Origin: Azolla caroliniana
Lineage: Eukaryota; Plantae; Polypodiophyta
Direction of reading: 5' to 3'
Assembly (NCBI GenBank): GCA_043228905.1
Contig: JBHGNT010000022.1
Coordinates: 6,014,001 to 6,078,000, forward strand
DNA: 64,000 bases
Positions 1-13,679 of the stretch are shown one piece after another. The position numbers were made by a program, and so were the translations under genes. The notes below the pieces were generated by a model. It did no database searches, was not told the DNA's origin, and saw nothing but the letters and a program-made list of their open reading frames with translations. Position 1 is the stretch's first letter; each line of letters starts with the position of its first letter.

Positions 1-603
1 CAGCGCCTTCGAGTCGGAGGCCGGTTCTTTATCTCTCCGACGCGCTTCTTCGTTCAAAATACTTGTCTTTACCGTTTGTAAGGACAAGTTATCTTCGGTG
101 CAGGAGGTGCTGAGAGTCACCACCAAGTTCTCCCAGCTTTCCGGCAATGTACACATCAGGATGATGGCTTGCATTGCATCCTCCAACGGGAACTTGATCG
201 CCGCAAGCTGATTCACGAATCCCATGAACGTGCTTACGTGTTCCACCATACTCTTGCCGTCCCGGTACTTGAGATTCACTATCTTCCTCATCAGGGAGGT
301 CCGGTTCAACGCATTCTTCCTCTCATAGAGGCCCGACAGCTTCCGCCACATCTCATATGCGTTGGTGTCGTTCGCCACATGTTGTAGAACGCTCACGTCG
401 ACGTATTGCCGAATGGTTGCAACGGCTTTCCGGTTCAGAAGCCTCCATTCCGACTCAAGTACCCCTTTCGGTATTTCCGACCTGTCAATCGGTTCGTACA
501 GGTCCCGAACAATCAGAAGATCTTCCATCTTGATCTTCCAGTCGGCGTAGTTCTGCGCAGTCAGCACCATCATCCCCGGCTGCCCGCTGCCGCCGCCTTC
601 CAT
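1..603 (-). CDS. Copia gag N-terminus (partial, open to the window edge)
   Basis: ATG at 603-601 gives MEGGGSGQPGMMVL..., colinear with the gag at 57307-57703; carries CAG at 210-208 where that copy has TAG. Confidence 0.85.
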   Translation of the reverse strand, partial: MEGGGSGQPGMMVLTAQNYADWKIKMEDLLIVRDLYEPIDRSEIPKGVLESEWRLLNRKAVATIRQYVDVSVLQHVANDTNAYEMWRKLSGLYERKNALNRTSLMRKIVNLKYRDGKSMVEHVSTFMGFVNQLAAIKFPLEDAMQAIILMCTLPESWENLVVTLSTSCTEDNLSLQTVKTSILNEEARRRDKEPASDSKAL

Positions 604-1246
604 TTTCTGCAGCAGTTCGCTCTGATACCAGTTTGTAAGGAATAGATGCTTCTATTCACCTTCACCACTCGGCCACAACCGAGTAAGCGCGAATCAATGG
701 AGCAGAAAATAGGAACCACAAAGAGAAACAAAACGCGAGCACACAGGGATTAACGTGGAAAACCCTAGACGGGAAAAACCACGGGAGTACAAGACTCCAA
801 GCCAACACTATACAGAGAAGTATACAATGGCGAGCTGCAAGGCGACGACCTTGAGCTCGCTGTCCTCGCCACAGGCGGCGGAAATACACAGAGGCGTCTA
901 CCTCTTCTTCTCTCGCGCTCTATCTCTCTCTCTCTCTCTCACGGGTGCTCACTCTTCACTCCTCTTGAGTGGAAAAACAGAAAAAATGAGTAGCGACGGT
1001 AAAACTGTTTGCCCTAAGTCATATTTATACTTATATGACTTTGGGCTATTTACAACTATAGCCTCAGGGGCCCATAGCGAACATATTCACGGATATGTCC
1101 CTGCATCCGGATCGCTCTCCGGGTACATTCGTCATCCGGCACCGAAGCCGGGGTCTTCGTCATCCGGATCCAAAACCGAAACCGGGCTCGTCGGCATTCA
1201 TCTCCGACATCCGACCATCCCATCCGAAGGGACCGTAATCCCAACA
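1..1246 (-). mobile_element. Ty1/Copia element, 5' end (5' LTR 634-1246, PBS, start of gag); continues off the left edge of the window
   Basis: GCTCTGATACCA (reverse complement of tRNA-iMet PBS) at 619-630; LTR TGTAAGG...CCAACA at 634-1246; internal sequence closely matches 57101-57703. Confidence 0.9.
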
Positions 1247-2883
1247 ATAAGTATGCACCAACTCTAGTGGTGCATTACATCTCATTGGTGGCCTTGGTCG
1301 GAAGGAGGTCTGGTTTTGCTTACCGGCCAGACAAGTAGTGCAGTTCTCCAAGTGCACGTTCTTCACTGGAATGAGGTTGCCATCTGCAAGCCTGTTAGTC
1401 CCCTTCTCGCTCATATGACACAGCCTCTTGTGCCACAACTTACCGGCAGTGTCAGATGCCACGTTCACTTCTTCCGGACATAACCGGGCATTCATCAGGT
1501 ACAATGTGTTGACCTTCCGGGCCCGAGCCACAATCAGGCTCCCTTTGCTAAACTTCATGACACCATTCCGGATGCTACCTGTGTAGCCTTCATCATCTAG
1601 CCGACCGGCTGATATCAGGTTCAGACGAACCTCCGGAACGTGTCGGACATCCTTCAACAGCAACTTGCATCCAGTTGGTGTTGACAGCCACACGTCTCTT
1701 ATGCTGACAATTCTACATGTACCTTCATTCCCCATCCGGACACAGCCGTGATCACCGACTGAGTAGGATGAGAAGCATTTCCGGTCCAGGGTAAGGTGGA
1801 ACAACGCTCTGGAGTCTACCACCCAGGTCATCTCGTCGCCGGCAAGATTTATCTCACTCTCCTCGGTGATGAGCATCAACTCTTCTTCACTTGCCGCGAT
1901 TGCCATCGTTCCCTTCCGGTTCGTTCCCCTCCGGTCTTTACCATTCCGGTCTAGTGTCCGCTTCGAATTGGTACCGTCAGTTTCCTTGTCTTTTCGGAAA
2001 TGCTGACAGTTCTTTTGGAAGCACCGTATGTACACCGTTGTCTTCATGTGCATCACCTCCCATATCGTGGCGTTGATTTTGTCCGGTCTCTTGTCCCCGA
2101 ACTGAACCGGCAACCAAAGATCTTTAACCACGAGCATGTCCCTCATCTTCAACTTCCACACCGAATAGTTGGAGCCGGTGAGCTTCAACATGCCTCCCAA
2201 CGAATCGTCCATTTTTCTGTGTTGCCTCGCTCTGATACCACTTTGACAGGAACTACACGCTCCAATGAACACCGCTCGGCCACAACCGAGCTTAGAATCA
2301 AACACAGAAAACGGGGAATGAAAAAACACGACACAAAGGAGAGAAGAGTACACATGAGGTTTAACGTGGAAAACCCTGAGAGGGAAAAAACCACGGGAAT
2401 CCATAGACTCCAAACTATCACTATATCACAATGATTACAACAGTGAGCTCACGGAGGCAACGACCTCACGCTCTCGATCTTCGCCACAGACGGCGGTTAC
2501 AACAGAGGCAACGACCTCTTCCTCTCTCTCTCTCTCTCTATACACTGTTATGCGCTCTCTGATCTAGTGCCAACAAGAATGACGACAACTCAGTTTGCCC
2601 TAAGTCATATTTATACTAATATGACTTTTGGGCTATTTACAAATATAGTCCCGATGAACTCTCAGAAACATATTTACGAATATGTCCCTTCATCCGGTGA
2701 GCACTCCTCACCGGGCCTGCATCATCCGGCGCCTGCCGGGCACATGTCATCCGGTTCTCACCGGGTCTTCCGTAGTCGGGTCTTTTACATCCGGTTTCGG
2801 CCTCGGCACTATTGGCCTCGGCCGAGTTTGCTCATTAGTATTGTTCTTCTGACTTCCCATCCGGAGGGACCTGTTTCCTAACA
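1247..2883 (-). mobile_element. Truncated Copia element (5' LTR 2244-2883, PBS 2229-2240, internally deleted gag-pol), interrupted at 1247 by the element at 1-1246
   Basis: PBS GCTCTGATACCA; LTR TGACAGG...CCTAACA. ORF 1160-2413 runs gag N-terminus, jump to the zinc-knuckle tail, protease (WVVDSRA), GAG-pre-integrase (LWHKRLCH...C..C), then breaks at PLELVHT into the neighbouring LTR. Confidence 0.88.
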
Positions 2884-4009
2884 CAAAGGATGGGCCAGAT
2901 GGGCGACATAGGTCGTGGAGCTACATACATACTGCGCAGATAGGGAAAACCGCTGAAAGGACGACAATCGCTTTTATAAGCTAAGTGAAGATAGTATCGC
3001 CGTTGTATGCGAAGACCTTGTGGAAGACTACTAGGCGCTAGCCAATCAACACTCCGAGGAACTCACACAGCTGATGGAGGAGTTCGCGGAAAGCTAGGAA
3101 GAGACCTTCTGCCAACTGATGGACATGGGCAGCGAAACTTAGAGGGCAGAAGAATTAAAAAAAGTGGAGGCAATGACTGTGCCGGATAGTCACTCCGCAG
3201 AGCAAACCAAGTCCCCACCCAATGATAGGCCTGAAGTCACGACAACGGACAATCAAACGGGTGTTGAAACCATAGAGGAGTGGCTACCAGAGCGGGAATC
3301 ACGCGAAGAAGAGCCCTCGACAGAGCCGGAAAAGGTGGTCCCCGAAGAAGCACCAAAAGAGCAAGCCCAGCTAACCTTGGGTGAAGAAGAGAGAGCAAAA
3401 ACCGCGGCACTAATCGGGCCAAACAATGACCCCCCTACGACCCTTACGCCACCCCCCGATCACAACACACGGGTAGAGCCAAACATCCTGGACCCTTTGG
3501 ACGATGAATAGATGGATGGCATCAACGTGCCATGGCATTGTCCCATAGGCGTGCCAGGTGTTGTCCACTGGAATAGTAACCGCTGGACATAACGTGAGAT
3601 AAATTAAAATACAAATTAAAATATTGTAAGAAACGAATGTAACGGTTCATGCGAGGAGCGTAACCAACGAGATGCCCTGTGTATATAAAGGGTAAAAATC
3701 TTATGTAAAGGGTTAGCGTTATTTTGAGAGTTCCTTTCTAATATAGTATTATCTCCCCTGGTTTACTGTGTAAGTGCCAGTGGGATATTGAGTGAGAGTT
3801 ATACTCTGTTAAGAAGTGCGTACCTGTAAATGTAAGGTTAAGCATGTTCGTGTAGTTACGTATCATGCCTTCGGTTGTAGCCTGGAACCTTCACGCCCTG
3901 TAGATACGTACCATTCAGTAACAAGTGACGTACGGATGTATGTAGTACACCTCTCAATCCCTTGTAACGCAACCCCTTGATGCCTACCCCGAAGGACTGT
4001 GGGTAGACA
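2884..4009 (+). mobile_element. 3' end of an LTR retrotransposon (degenerate acidic/Pro-rich ORF 3164-3511, tRNA-like motif 3541-3556, 3' LTR about 3562-4009)
   Basis: Terminal inverted repeats TGTCCAC (3562) and GTAGACA (4009); TATA-like TATATAAA at 3682; no PPT before the LTR. Superfamily not determined. Confidence 0.6.
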
Positions 4010-6035
4010 ACGTTGTCGACAGTATGCCGACAACAGTCTCTGTCTCTCTCATTCTTTGTGTTCTCTGCATTTATCGAATTGTTGTGGTCCTAAACATCAA
4101 CAGTTGTATACTGTATGTCCTTTACGCACGCTTTCGAACATCGTATTCTTCTACATGGTATCAGCGCGAGAGGGTTGAGACTCCTCTATAGCTGATAGAA
4201 AAGCAAGCGATCAAGACAAAGTCAAATTTTCTCGATTTCGGAAAAGATATGACAGAAATATGGACAACAGAATGGGAAGCTCACTTCTGACTCAAAAGTT
4301 CAATAGGAGCAACTACGCATCTTGGTCGTACAAGATGCACCAGTACCTACTCGGCCATGGCTACTAGAGTTATGTCGATGGAGCTAATGATGCAACATCC
4401 GAATCGACACACAGGCGGCAAGCAAAGTTCTCTACTATTTTGCGTTTTGTGTAAGCGATCAACTCTTGATCTACATTCGGGATGCCAAGACACCAAAGGA
4501 CTCGTGGGAGAATCTCAAAAGGATTTTTGTCGCCAACACGATGGCCAGGAAGTTGCATTTCAGGCAGGAGTAAGCAATGTCTCGCAAAAAGATCCGTCTG
4601 TGGCCGATTATACAGCCCAAATCAAGGAGATTTGCAAATCTTTCGCCTCTATCAACGTGAACGTCGAGGAGGATAAAATGGTGCAGGTTTGTTGTGGAGG
4701 GTTAGCATCTATGTTCGAAGCATTCCCAACGGTGGTCTGCACGAGGGAGAATACGTCGTCATTTTTTGAGCTTCAATCAATGTTGCTGGTAGAAGAAAAC
4801 CATGCGGGTGCGTCGACCAATATGCACACCGACAACAAAATGTTGTATACCGAGGCAGAGGGGCCCCGTGGCCGTGGTTGACGAGGCGGTTTGGCACGCA
4901 ATGGAGGTAGCCAACAAGAGAAAAATTTACGGCATAATTAGAATAGTTCTAGACACTCCGCAAATAGGGGGAGCCAAGGCGGCACCAAGAGCTGGCAAGG
5001 GAAAGTCGCACCAGAATGCTGGTACTGTGGCAAGAAGGGCCACACAAAGAGCGAGTGCTAGAGGAAATGAGCCAATTCGAACAAGGCCAGATCGAGCCAA
5101 GGCGACACAGATAGGCGTCAGAGATGGCACTATGCAGAAGGCTCAGTGCGAGCCGGCATGGGTCCCACCTTCGTCATGAAGCACAAAGCCAACTTGATGG
5201 CGGTTTATACCTCGAGCTCGAACGAGGTATTGTATGTGGATTCGGGAGCATTAAACGACATGACGAATCACCAAGAGTGGTTCTTGAATCTGGAAAAGTC
5301 GAAGAAGCGGGGGGTTGTCGAAACTCGTGATGACACCTCTCACCCCATTGAACACATTGGAGATGTCCCTCTTAGCTATGTCAACTAGAAAGGAATCATG
5401 AGAAATGTCTTGCATGTGCCGACAGTCACCAAAAATTTGGTGTCAATCGAACAGATAGTCGACCAAGGCATGCAAGTTCGATTTACTCATATCGGGTGCT
5501 TTAGATAAGAGGAAGGCAAGATAATCACACAAGGGCGCCGAGAAGGGAGGATGTTCATCCTCAAGACCAATGACGTAGGCACAACTATGTTTGCGAAAGG
5601 ACAAAAGGTCGAATTGGATATCGACCTATGGCACAATCAGTTCGGCCATGTCAACTTCCCCTGGCTTCGAGAAATGTTGGCAAAAACATTGTTTTCGGCT
5701 TACCGAAATCTAATGGCCGAAAGGGTCTAGTCTGCAAACACTGCCAATTAGGGAAGCATCAAACTTCTGTTCCGAAATGAAAGAAATCAAAGCCGAAACA
5801 AGGTGGATTTAATCCGACACAGAACGCGAGTCTCGGTGGGAACCGATATTTCGTGACTTTCATCGACGATTTCACTCGGCATACCTAGGCATGCACAATA
5901 GAGAAGAAAAGCAAAGTATTATCCGAATGGGAGACAAGACGTAAAATCCAATGTCTCAGGACCATGGTGGAAAGGAGTACTTCTCCGACCAGTTCTTGAG
6001 TTATCTGCAAAGGGAAGGAATTCGGTGCGAATTCT
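4010..6035 (+). mobile_element. Degenerate Copia element (LTR remnant ending 4155, PBS 4156-4167, frameshifted gag/protease/integrase start)
   Basis: ...CTACA TGGTATCAGCGC; gag-like ORF 4357-4881; CWYCGKKGH knuckle near 5017; YVDSGA protease motif in ORF 5146-5388; FVTFIDDF integrase motif near 5850. Confidence 0.85.
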
Positions 6036-7495
6036 TGTGAAATGTTACGTGCAGAAGCTATAGGAAACATAGAATACCGACAGGGAAAAAACTGGTTTAA
6101 TGGAGAGCTTAAGACACAATGTACGCGGGAAAGACAGAGAGGGAATGAACACATAGAAAAAACTAAATTCAAAATAATGTGTAAAAATCTGTACATAGGA
6201 TATGCTGAGAGTGCTCTTCTATACAAGTCCAGACGGACTTACAGAAGTACTGACACGTACTTCAATGCAGTTAACTTAGCTCCTACACTAACTCCCAAAT
6301 ATATTCCCTTGCGGAATATTTGTTCAAGAGCCTCCTGGTTTCCGCACCGATCCGACCTCTTGTTGCGCACCAGTTTGCGCACCAATCTGGCCTAACCGAT
6401 CGGTCCAAACCAATCCGGTTCTCAGATCACACAGCCGATCCAGCCAATGTTGAGCTTGTATCTCAACACTCCCCCTCAAGCTCAACTTGAGGCTCTTCTG
6501 GTCCTTCGCTCCGGGTTCTCTTGACTTCACTCCTTGCTTGTGCTCGTCGACCCATTCGATTCTGCGCCCCTCGACCCTTACGGTTGGCTTGTCTGCTCAT
6601 GTGGCCTTTTCTAGCTCCCTTGCTATCACGGTCTTGGCGCCTCTGTTGTTGCCCTTTCTTCTACTTGGCCTTCAGTTGATTTGGCGTCTCCGAATCAACC
6701 ATCCGAGCCGAATCGGCTACCCCCGATTCGTCTCCGCCTTTGTCCAAATTGGATGTCTCCAATTCGTCCTCAATCTTCACCTTCTCGCCATTGTTGGCTT
6801 CATCTCCCCCATGCTTGGCTAGTTCCAGCTCTTTCTTTCGGCTGCTGCCCTCTTGTCCACTTCTGGACTCTTTCGCGGACCTACCTTCGGCTTCTTCAGC
6901 CAATACTAAATTGAATTCGTCATCCGATTTGGTGTCACGGTCACTTCCGCTCCTTTCCTGCTCCTTTTTGTGTTCTTGCGGGACTTTTCTCCCCCTAAAT
7001 TTCGGCACATCGAAATGCCGCAACCCAAGCGAACCCAAGAATTGCCGCAACTTGTTCAGACCAAGGGGCTTGGTGAAAATGTTGGCGTTCTGCCGATCCG
7101 TCAAAACATACTGAAGTTCAACATCACCAGAGAGGACACTCTCGCAGACAAAGTGGTAGTGCATCTCAATGGCTTCACACGTTGCAATAGCCACTCCTCG
7201 ATAGTCAGCCTCTGTGCTCGATAGTGCAGCCGTCGGCTCCTTTTTGCTACTCCACATGATCGCGGCAGTCCCAAGGGAGAACGCGAATCCGGATCTGGAT
7301 CGGCGATCGCCGGCGTCTTCAGCCTAGTCCGCATCTGTATAGCCAACTAGTTGCATTACAGTACCGGTCGGATATAGTAGCCCCCTGTCCTTAGTGCCAC
7401 TAATGTACCTGAGTACGCATTGCGAGCACTGAAGGTGCTCCTTAGTTGGCCGTGCCATGAACTGACTTCCGAGCATGGGAACAACCTCACTAGCA
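6036..7495 (-). mobile_element. Copia 3' end (RNase H remnant, charged tail, PPT, 3' LTR 6036-6468)
   Basis: ORF 6661-7257 WSSKK...ALSSTEADY...ANIFTKPL; CTCCCCCT PPT complement at 6469-6476; LTR ends resemble those of 61912-62384. Confidence 0.85.
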
Positions 7496-8030
7496 TCCAA
7501 TTTCTCGATTGAGCTGGGTTTGCATCACGTTGACACACCGAACTTGAGGGGGGAGACAGGCATAGGAACAAGAACGTGAAAGGAGCGACAGTAACCACAA
7601 TGCCGAATCAGATGAAGAATTCGATTTCGGGCCGGTTGAAGAGGCCAAAGAAAAAAGCAGGGGCCGTAATTGCAAGGTAGAGCCAAAGACAGCCAAACAA
7701 AGGGGAAACAAATCCAAGAGAGCTGTAAAGGCCAAGACTAAGACATGGTCAGAGGTGGCCTAAAGACAAAAGACGAATTGGAGACAACCAATTCGAGTGA
7801 AAGTGAGAATGAATCGGAGATGTTCGATTCGGATATGCCGAATCAACTAAGGGCCAAGTGGAGAAAAGAGCAGTGAAATAGGCGCCAACACCGCAACAAC
7901 AAGGGAGCTGAGAAAGGCCAGATGAGCAGACAAGCCGAATGAAAGAGTTGAAGATCGCGGAATCGGACGGGTCGAGGAGCACGAGTGAGGCGTGAAGCCA
8001 AGAGAAGTGGGAGCGAAGATCCAGAAAAGC
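7496..8030 (+). mobile_element. 3' tail of a plus-strand Copia of the same family; resumes at 50489 after the giant Gypsy insertion
   Basis: Inverted homology to about 6490-7030 (LGLHHVDTPNLRG vs LGLRHFDVPKFRG); sequence continues at 50489 into AAGTTGAGCTTGAGGGGGCG-TGTTGAG (PPT plus LTR). Confidence 0.75.
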
Positions 8031-8476
8031 ATATGTATTAGAGATTTAGGTACTAAAGTAAGCTTAAGATAAGGATAAACTAATGATAGATAGAAAGGAG
8101 AAAGAGAGTGAAGGGTGCCGATCCACCCGACCACCCCCGAGCGAAGGGATCGAGACGGACTCGAGCCTCGATCGGCGTCCCATACCACCGCCGTGGCATC
8201 TAGTCATACCTGGTGTTGGCGCGCTCGCTACATGAGTTGACCCACCACAAGAGTAGAGTCTCGATGTAGTCAAAAGATGATCAAATGAGGGTAGCTAGGC
8301 CTCTTATTTATAGCGATACCCAAGGCCCCCGGGCAAGTTCACACTTGACCTAATGGGTTGTCTCAATCCCGAGGATTAAAAGTAATCCTCCCCTTCTTTA
8401 CACTCTCGTTTAACCCTCACACTTATCCATGTGTATAGAATACTACGGTAAATTTTCACCACGAGATATTAAATGG

Positions 8477-11400
8477 TCATGCCTGTAACATACGCCCCTT
8501 CTTTAAAACATTGCACTTTTGCAATGGAAAGTTAGGGAAGTTTGTTCTTAGAGTATTCTCGTGTTCCCATGTGGCATCTTTGATAGATTTGTCCATCCAT
8601 TTAATTTTAAATTCTCGGATTTCTTTAGTACGTAACTTTTTTGTTTTAACATCGAGAATTCTTTCTGGTACATGTGGTTTCGAAGATAAATCTTCAGAAG
8701 TAACCAGAGTTTCATTTGTAACTGTGTTGTTGCCAGAACCTAGAAGTTCTTTTAGAAGACTCACATGGAAGACTGGATGAATTCCAACACCATCGGGAAG
8801 AGCGAGACGATAGGCTGATGACCCAATGCGTTTGAGGACTGTAAAAGGTCCACAAAACCGTGGGGCTAACTTAGCGCACTTACCCGTAGACAATGTCTTA
8901 GAATTGTGAGGTACACGTAAAAATACCTTCTGTCCAGGGTTGAATACACGAGGTTGCCTATGATGGTCGGCATAAAAACGCGCTCTATCTTGAGCTGTTT
9001 TTATATTATCTCGTGCAATATGCAACATATCTTGCATATCCCGAAGAAAGTTTTGCGTACTTCGCAACTCATCATGATGCATATTAACATCAATCGGGAC
9101 TTGTGGCTGAAAACCATACATCAACATAAAAGGACTATATCCCGTCGACGTATGCTTGGAGCTGTTATAAGCAAACTCCAAAATTGGGAGATAACGTTCC
9201 CATTTTGTTGGTTTTGCACCAACGTATGCTCGAAGCATGTCCTCAATAATTTGATTTACTCATTTTGTCTGTCCATCGGATTGAGGATGATACGTGGAGC
9301 TCATGCTCAACGTAGTTTCTAACTTCTTAAAGACTTGCGTCCAGAAGTCACTAGTAAACTTTGGATCTCGATCACTCACGATATCCATCGGTAACCCATA
9401 AAAATGAAATAATTCGTCAACGAATTGGTAAGCCAATTCAGGAGCTGTTACCGTGGTTTTAGTAGCAATAAATCTAGCCATTTTAGTTAGTCGATCAACG
9501 ACAACCCAGATGGCATCATGACCTTTTCGGTGTGAGGAAGGCTAACAATAAAATCCATGGATATACTTTCCCACTTATTATTGGGAATGTCCAAGGGATG
9601 TAAAAGTCCTACGGCTTTAAGTCGCTCGGCTTTGTTAACCTGACACTGGTGACTCTTAGTCACATAACTATGTATGTCAGGACGCATCTTAGGCCACTAA
9701 AATTGAGTGGAGATGAGAATGAGTGTACAATGTATTCTAGGGTGCCCTACTGATGGTGCATCATGGCATTAGAAAAGAATCCTCTTTTTTACCTTGGGTA
9801 AATCGGGAACACAGACCTTCCCATTACGGTAGAGCAAACCGTTAGCAATGTGGAAATATTCCTTCGAGGATGTGGTGGTGTCTGTTCCAGACTCAACTCT
9901 TGCCCAGTATTTTGCGAAATAGTTGTCATCAGGATACTTTCCTCGAAGGTGATCATAAAGATCTAATGTTATTTCAGTGAAGCTAAGCATGTTAACTTCA
10001 CGGATGCGACTTAGTGCATCAGCGACAGTGTTCATGGAACCTTTATGATATCGTATGGAAAAATCAAAGTCCTGGATGAGATCAGCCCATTGTGCCTTAC
10101 GACCTTTCAGGTCTTGTTGGTCACAAAAATATTTCAAGGACTCGTGGTCCATAGTTACCACAAAGCGATTTCCATAAAGATAATGGCGCCATGTTTTGAG
10201 CGCATGTATAACTGCAAATAATTCATTTTCTTGAACAATATACTGACATTGAGCAGAATCAAGTTTCTTACTCTCGAATGCTATTGGTTTACCATCTTGA
10301 TACAAGACAACACCTATAACATAATCGCTTGCATCGGTTTCAACCTCAAAAGGTTTTGAAGGATCAGGTAAAAGAAGAGAAGGAGCCTTGCAAACCAGGT
10401 CCTTGAGTTCCTTAAAGGCGAGGTCTAGTGTAGCATTCCACACAATAGGTTTTGTAGACTTACGCATTTGACCTTTTAAAAGATCAGTAAACGGCGTCGT
10501 CAATTGGGAGTAATTACGAAGAGACTTTCGCAAAAACCCGACAAAACCAAGGAATGATCGAACTTCTCGAATATTCCGAAGAGTGGGCCAAAGCTTGATT
10601 TTCTCAATGCGAGAAGGATCAATTTCAACTCGTTCAGTTATGAGATGTCCTAGATAAGTAATTGATTTCTTGAAGAACTCACATTTTGAGATCTTCGCAT
10701 AAAACTGTTTGTCACGCAATGTTTGTAAAACAAAGCGGACATGTCTAGCATGTTCTTTTAATGTACGACTATAAACTAAAATATCATCCAAGAAAATAAC
10801 GAAATTTTTTCCAAATTGTTATCGGAAAATGTCATTCATTTCTTGTTGAAAAGTAGCCGGAGCATTGGTCAAACCAAAAGGCATAACCAAAAACTTGTAA
10901 TGGCCATAGCGCGTACGAAATGCCGTTTTAGGAACATCGCCCTCACTTATTCGTATTTGATGGTAGCCAGTACGGAGATCAAGTTTCGTAAAATACCGAG
11001 CTCCCTAGAGACGGTCAATTAGATCGTCAGCCCGGGGCAATGGGTATGAATTCTTGATCGTTACTTTATTCAAGCGTCGGTAATTAATACACATACGCCA
11101 TGTGCCCTCTTTCTTTTTTACCAAGAGAACTAGTGCACCCCATGGAGATTTACTGTAACGTATATAACCCATTCGTAAATAGTCCTTGAGTTGCTTAGAT
11201 ACCTCATCTTCTTCGGATCAACTTAAGCGATACGGAGGTATACTTATTGGTGGAACACCAGGTACAATATCTATACGATGGTCTATATTACGTTTAGGAG
11301 GTAGCCCATCAGGTAGTTCACTTGGAAAAACATCACGAAAATCATTTAAGATTTCATCAAGTTGTTGTTGTTCAAAATATGTTAATTGAACCGGGACATT

Positions 11401-11943
11401 ATCGATATTGTAAATGTGAATGTCCGGATCAAATACACAATAAAATAATGTAGAACAAGACAACTCGGATTTTGATGAACACGAGGAAAAAATCGAGAGG
11501 GATTGTTTTTTGATACATTGAATAAAATGCGTACAATCATTCAGTACAAAAGAAATGGAATGGCGAACCCAATCAATAAATAAAGAAGAGTTTTTATTAT
11601 AAAACCAGAGATAACCCAGTATTACATCGGTGGTACAAAGATTCATTACATGGAAGTCTACTTCCTCTATATAAGTATCAATAGAAATTCCTAATGAATG
11701 AATCGCCCCGTTGATGTATTGTAGTCTTCCATCAGCCAAGTGCACCGTGTAGGTGTGATCATTTACGGTGGGTTGGATTCCCCATATCTGAACCAAACGA
11801 TCATTCACAAAATTGTGTGAGCTTCCCGAATCAAATAAAAATTGTACAAGAGATCCATTGATATACCCATTTGCACGTAGTAAATCATTGGGACCCAATA
11901 CATAGTGAGGGAAAGAACATTGACAATTACTTAAATGATGTGT
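8477..11943 (-). pseudogene. Gypsy pol (protease, RT, RNase H, integrase, chromodomain), fragmented
   Basis: LFDSGSSHNF protease; DDILVYS RT; ETDASD RNase H; SDRDPKFTS integrase; GPF motif; PERILD...IKW...DATWE chromodomain. Several stops and frameshifts. Confidence 0.93.
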
Positions 11944-12297
11944 GGGTGAAAGCATGCGAGTGGAAACAATTAGCTATGTCCTTGACATAGCTAATTAGCT
12001 ATGCAAAAAGCTACCATTGATAAATAGTCATTTTAGTAAAAAGTCATCATTAACAAATTAACTATGCAAAAAACTACCATTGAAAATACTAGAGTGTTTT
12101 AATTACATATGTAAATGAGTGCCATAAATGTGCAACATAAATTGATATGTGCACCATAAATGTGTACCATAAATTATATATCGAGTTCCTAGGTCCATTA
12201 TGCATGATCCTTTGCCACATCACGTAGGCCATCTCTAGTTGAGTATTGTGGGTTAGTTGCTACCATTGTTGCTAAACCCTATCGAGTCCACCTGCCG

Positions 12298-12490
12298 CCA
12301 CTCTACACTCAGGGGCCGCTACTGTGTGTTCCAAGCATCATCAAAGAGTTGTTCAATCTGACGGGGTTCTCTTCTCTGTGCCACTCTACACTCAGGAGCC
12401 GCTACTATGTGTTCCAAGCATCATCAAAGAGCTGTTCAATTTGACGGGGTTCTCTTCTCTGTGCCACTCTACACTGAGGGGCCGCTACTG
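12298..12490 (+). repeat. 83-bp tandem repeat, about 2.3 copies
   Basis: CCACTCTACACT(C/G)AGG begins at 12298, 12381 and 12464. Confidence 0.85.
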
Positions 12491-13679
12491 TCCAGTCCTG
12501 GATTGCTTCCACATTTTGATTTGACGGAGTTCAGTCATCCAACGGCAACATTCTACACTTAGTTGTTGCCATTGGTAGGTCCTGGATCACCTCCTCAACT
12601 GTTTGATCCAACGGAGTGAACTCCTCTACTATTCGGTCTTGGATTGCAATAACTTTTCTGTCTATTGATTATCTTGTGTATTGTTGTGTCTAATCTTGTG
12701 TATTGTGGAATATTTTTGTGTATTGTTGTTGCCCATAGCCATCTTAAATACTTTTTTTTTTTTTTGGAAATTTAGGGTTTAAATATGTCCAAACAAATGG
12801 AAGGGGAAGAAGGGTGTTTAGAATTACCCCTCAATGATCATAAGGATAGGAATGATGCTATCAGGACACAATAAGCCATACGAAACTATTGGGCAGAAAA
12901 AAAAAGGAAACATCGTCAATTGTTGAAGGATATGAAAGCCACACTCAGTAAAGGTAAGGATAGTTTAGCTGAAAATGTAAGTAATGCGACTACCATCATA
13001 GAGAGAAAGGTTGTAGACTATTTCAATGTTCAAACCAAGCACATCAACAATGAAGAAAAGAAGGTAGTACTTTATGGAATATGTAATGATCCATCGATAA
13101 AGGACTTAGTTGATTGTGATGGTCTTAATGCAAACATATCATTTGTTTTAGTAAATAATCTTCGTAATAGTTTCGTATCCATGAGCAGTTCAAAAGATGA
13201 TCTTGTCTTAAAAAGGTCTAATCTAATGATGTTACTTAATAGTGATGTTGACGATATAAACATCAGTGAGCTATCTAAGGTAATTGGTGTTAGTAGAAAA
13301 ACAGTGTACAATACAATGAACCGTATAATTTCCTTGGGTGAAGGAACTAGTCTACCAAAGCTAACTACAAGATCTAAGCCAATGACACCCATAACATTTG
13401 AAATCAAGGATGTAATCACAATGTTTTGGACTAATGAGAGTAGGGTTTCACCCAATAAAAAGGATTTATGTAGGAAACGTGTTGGAAGAAATCAATACGA
13501 GGAGCATCCCATTCATCTTCTTGATGTACCTCAAGTATTTATATTTATCTCAACATTTGTTTTGACTCTACACGGAAAGTTAATTAGCTCAGTTAGCAGA
13601 AAAGCTACTTAGTTTATCAGTTACATTTACCTCAGTTAGCTACTAGGGTAACTACTACATAGGTAACTGGCTACTCTCA

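Noticed and set aside
3539-4155. A single Copia 5' LTR starting at 3539
   Set aside because: Inverted termini at 3562 and 4009 plus the upstream tRNA-like motif better support a separate LTR inserted into the Copia LTR; some uncertainty remains.
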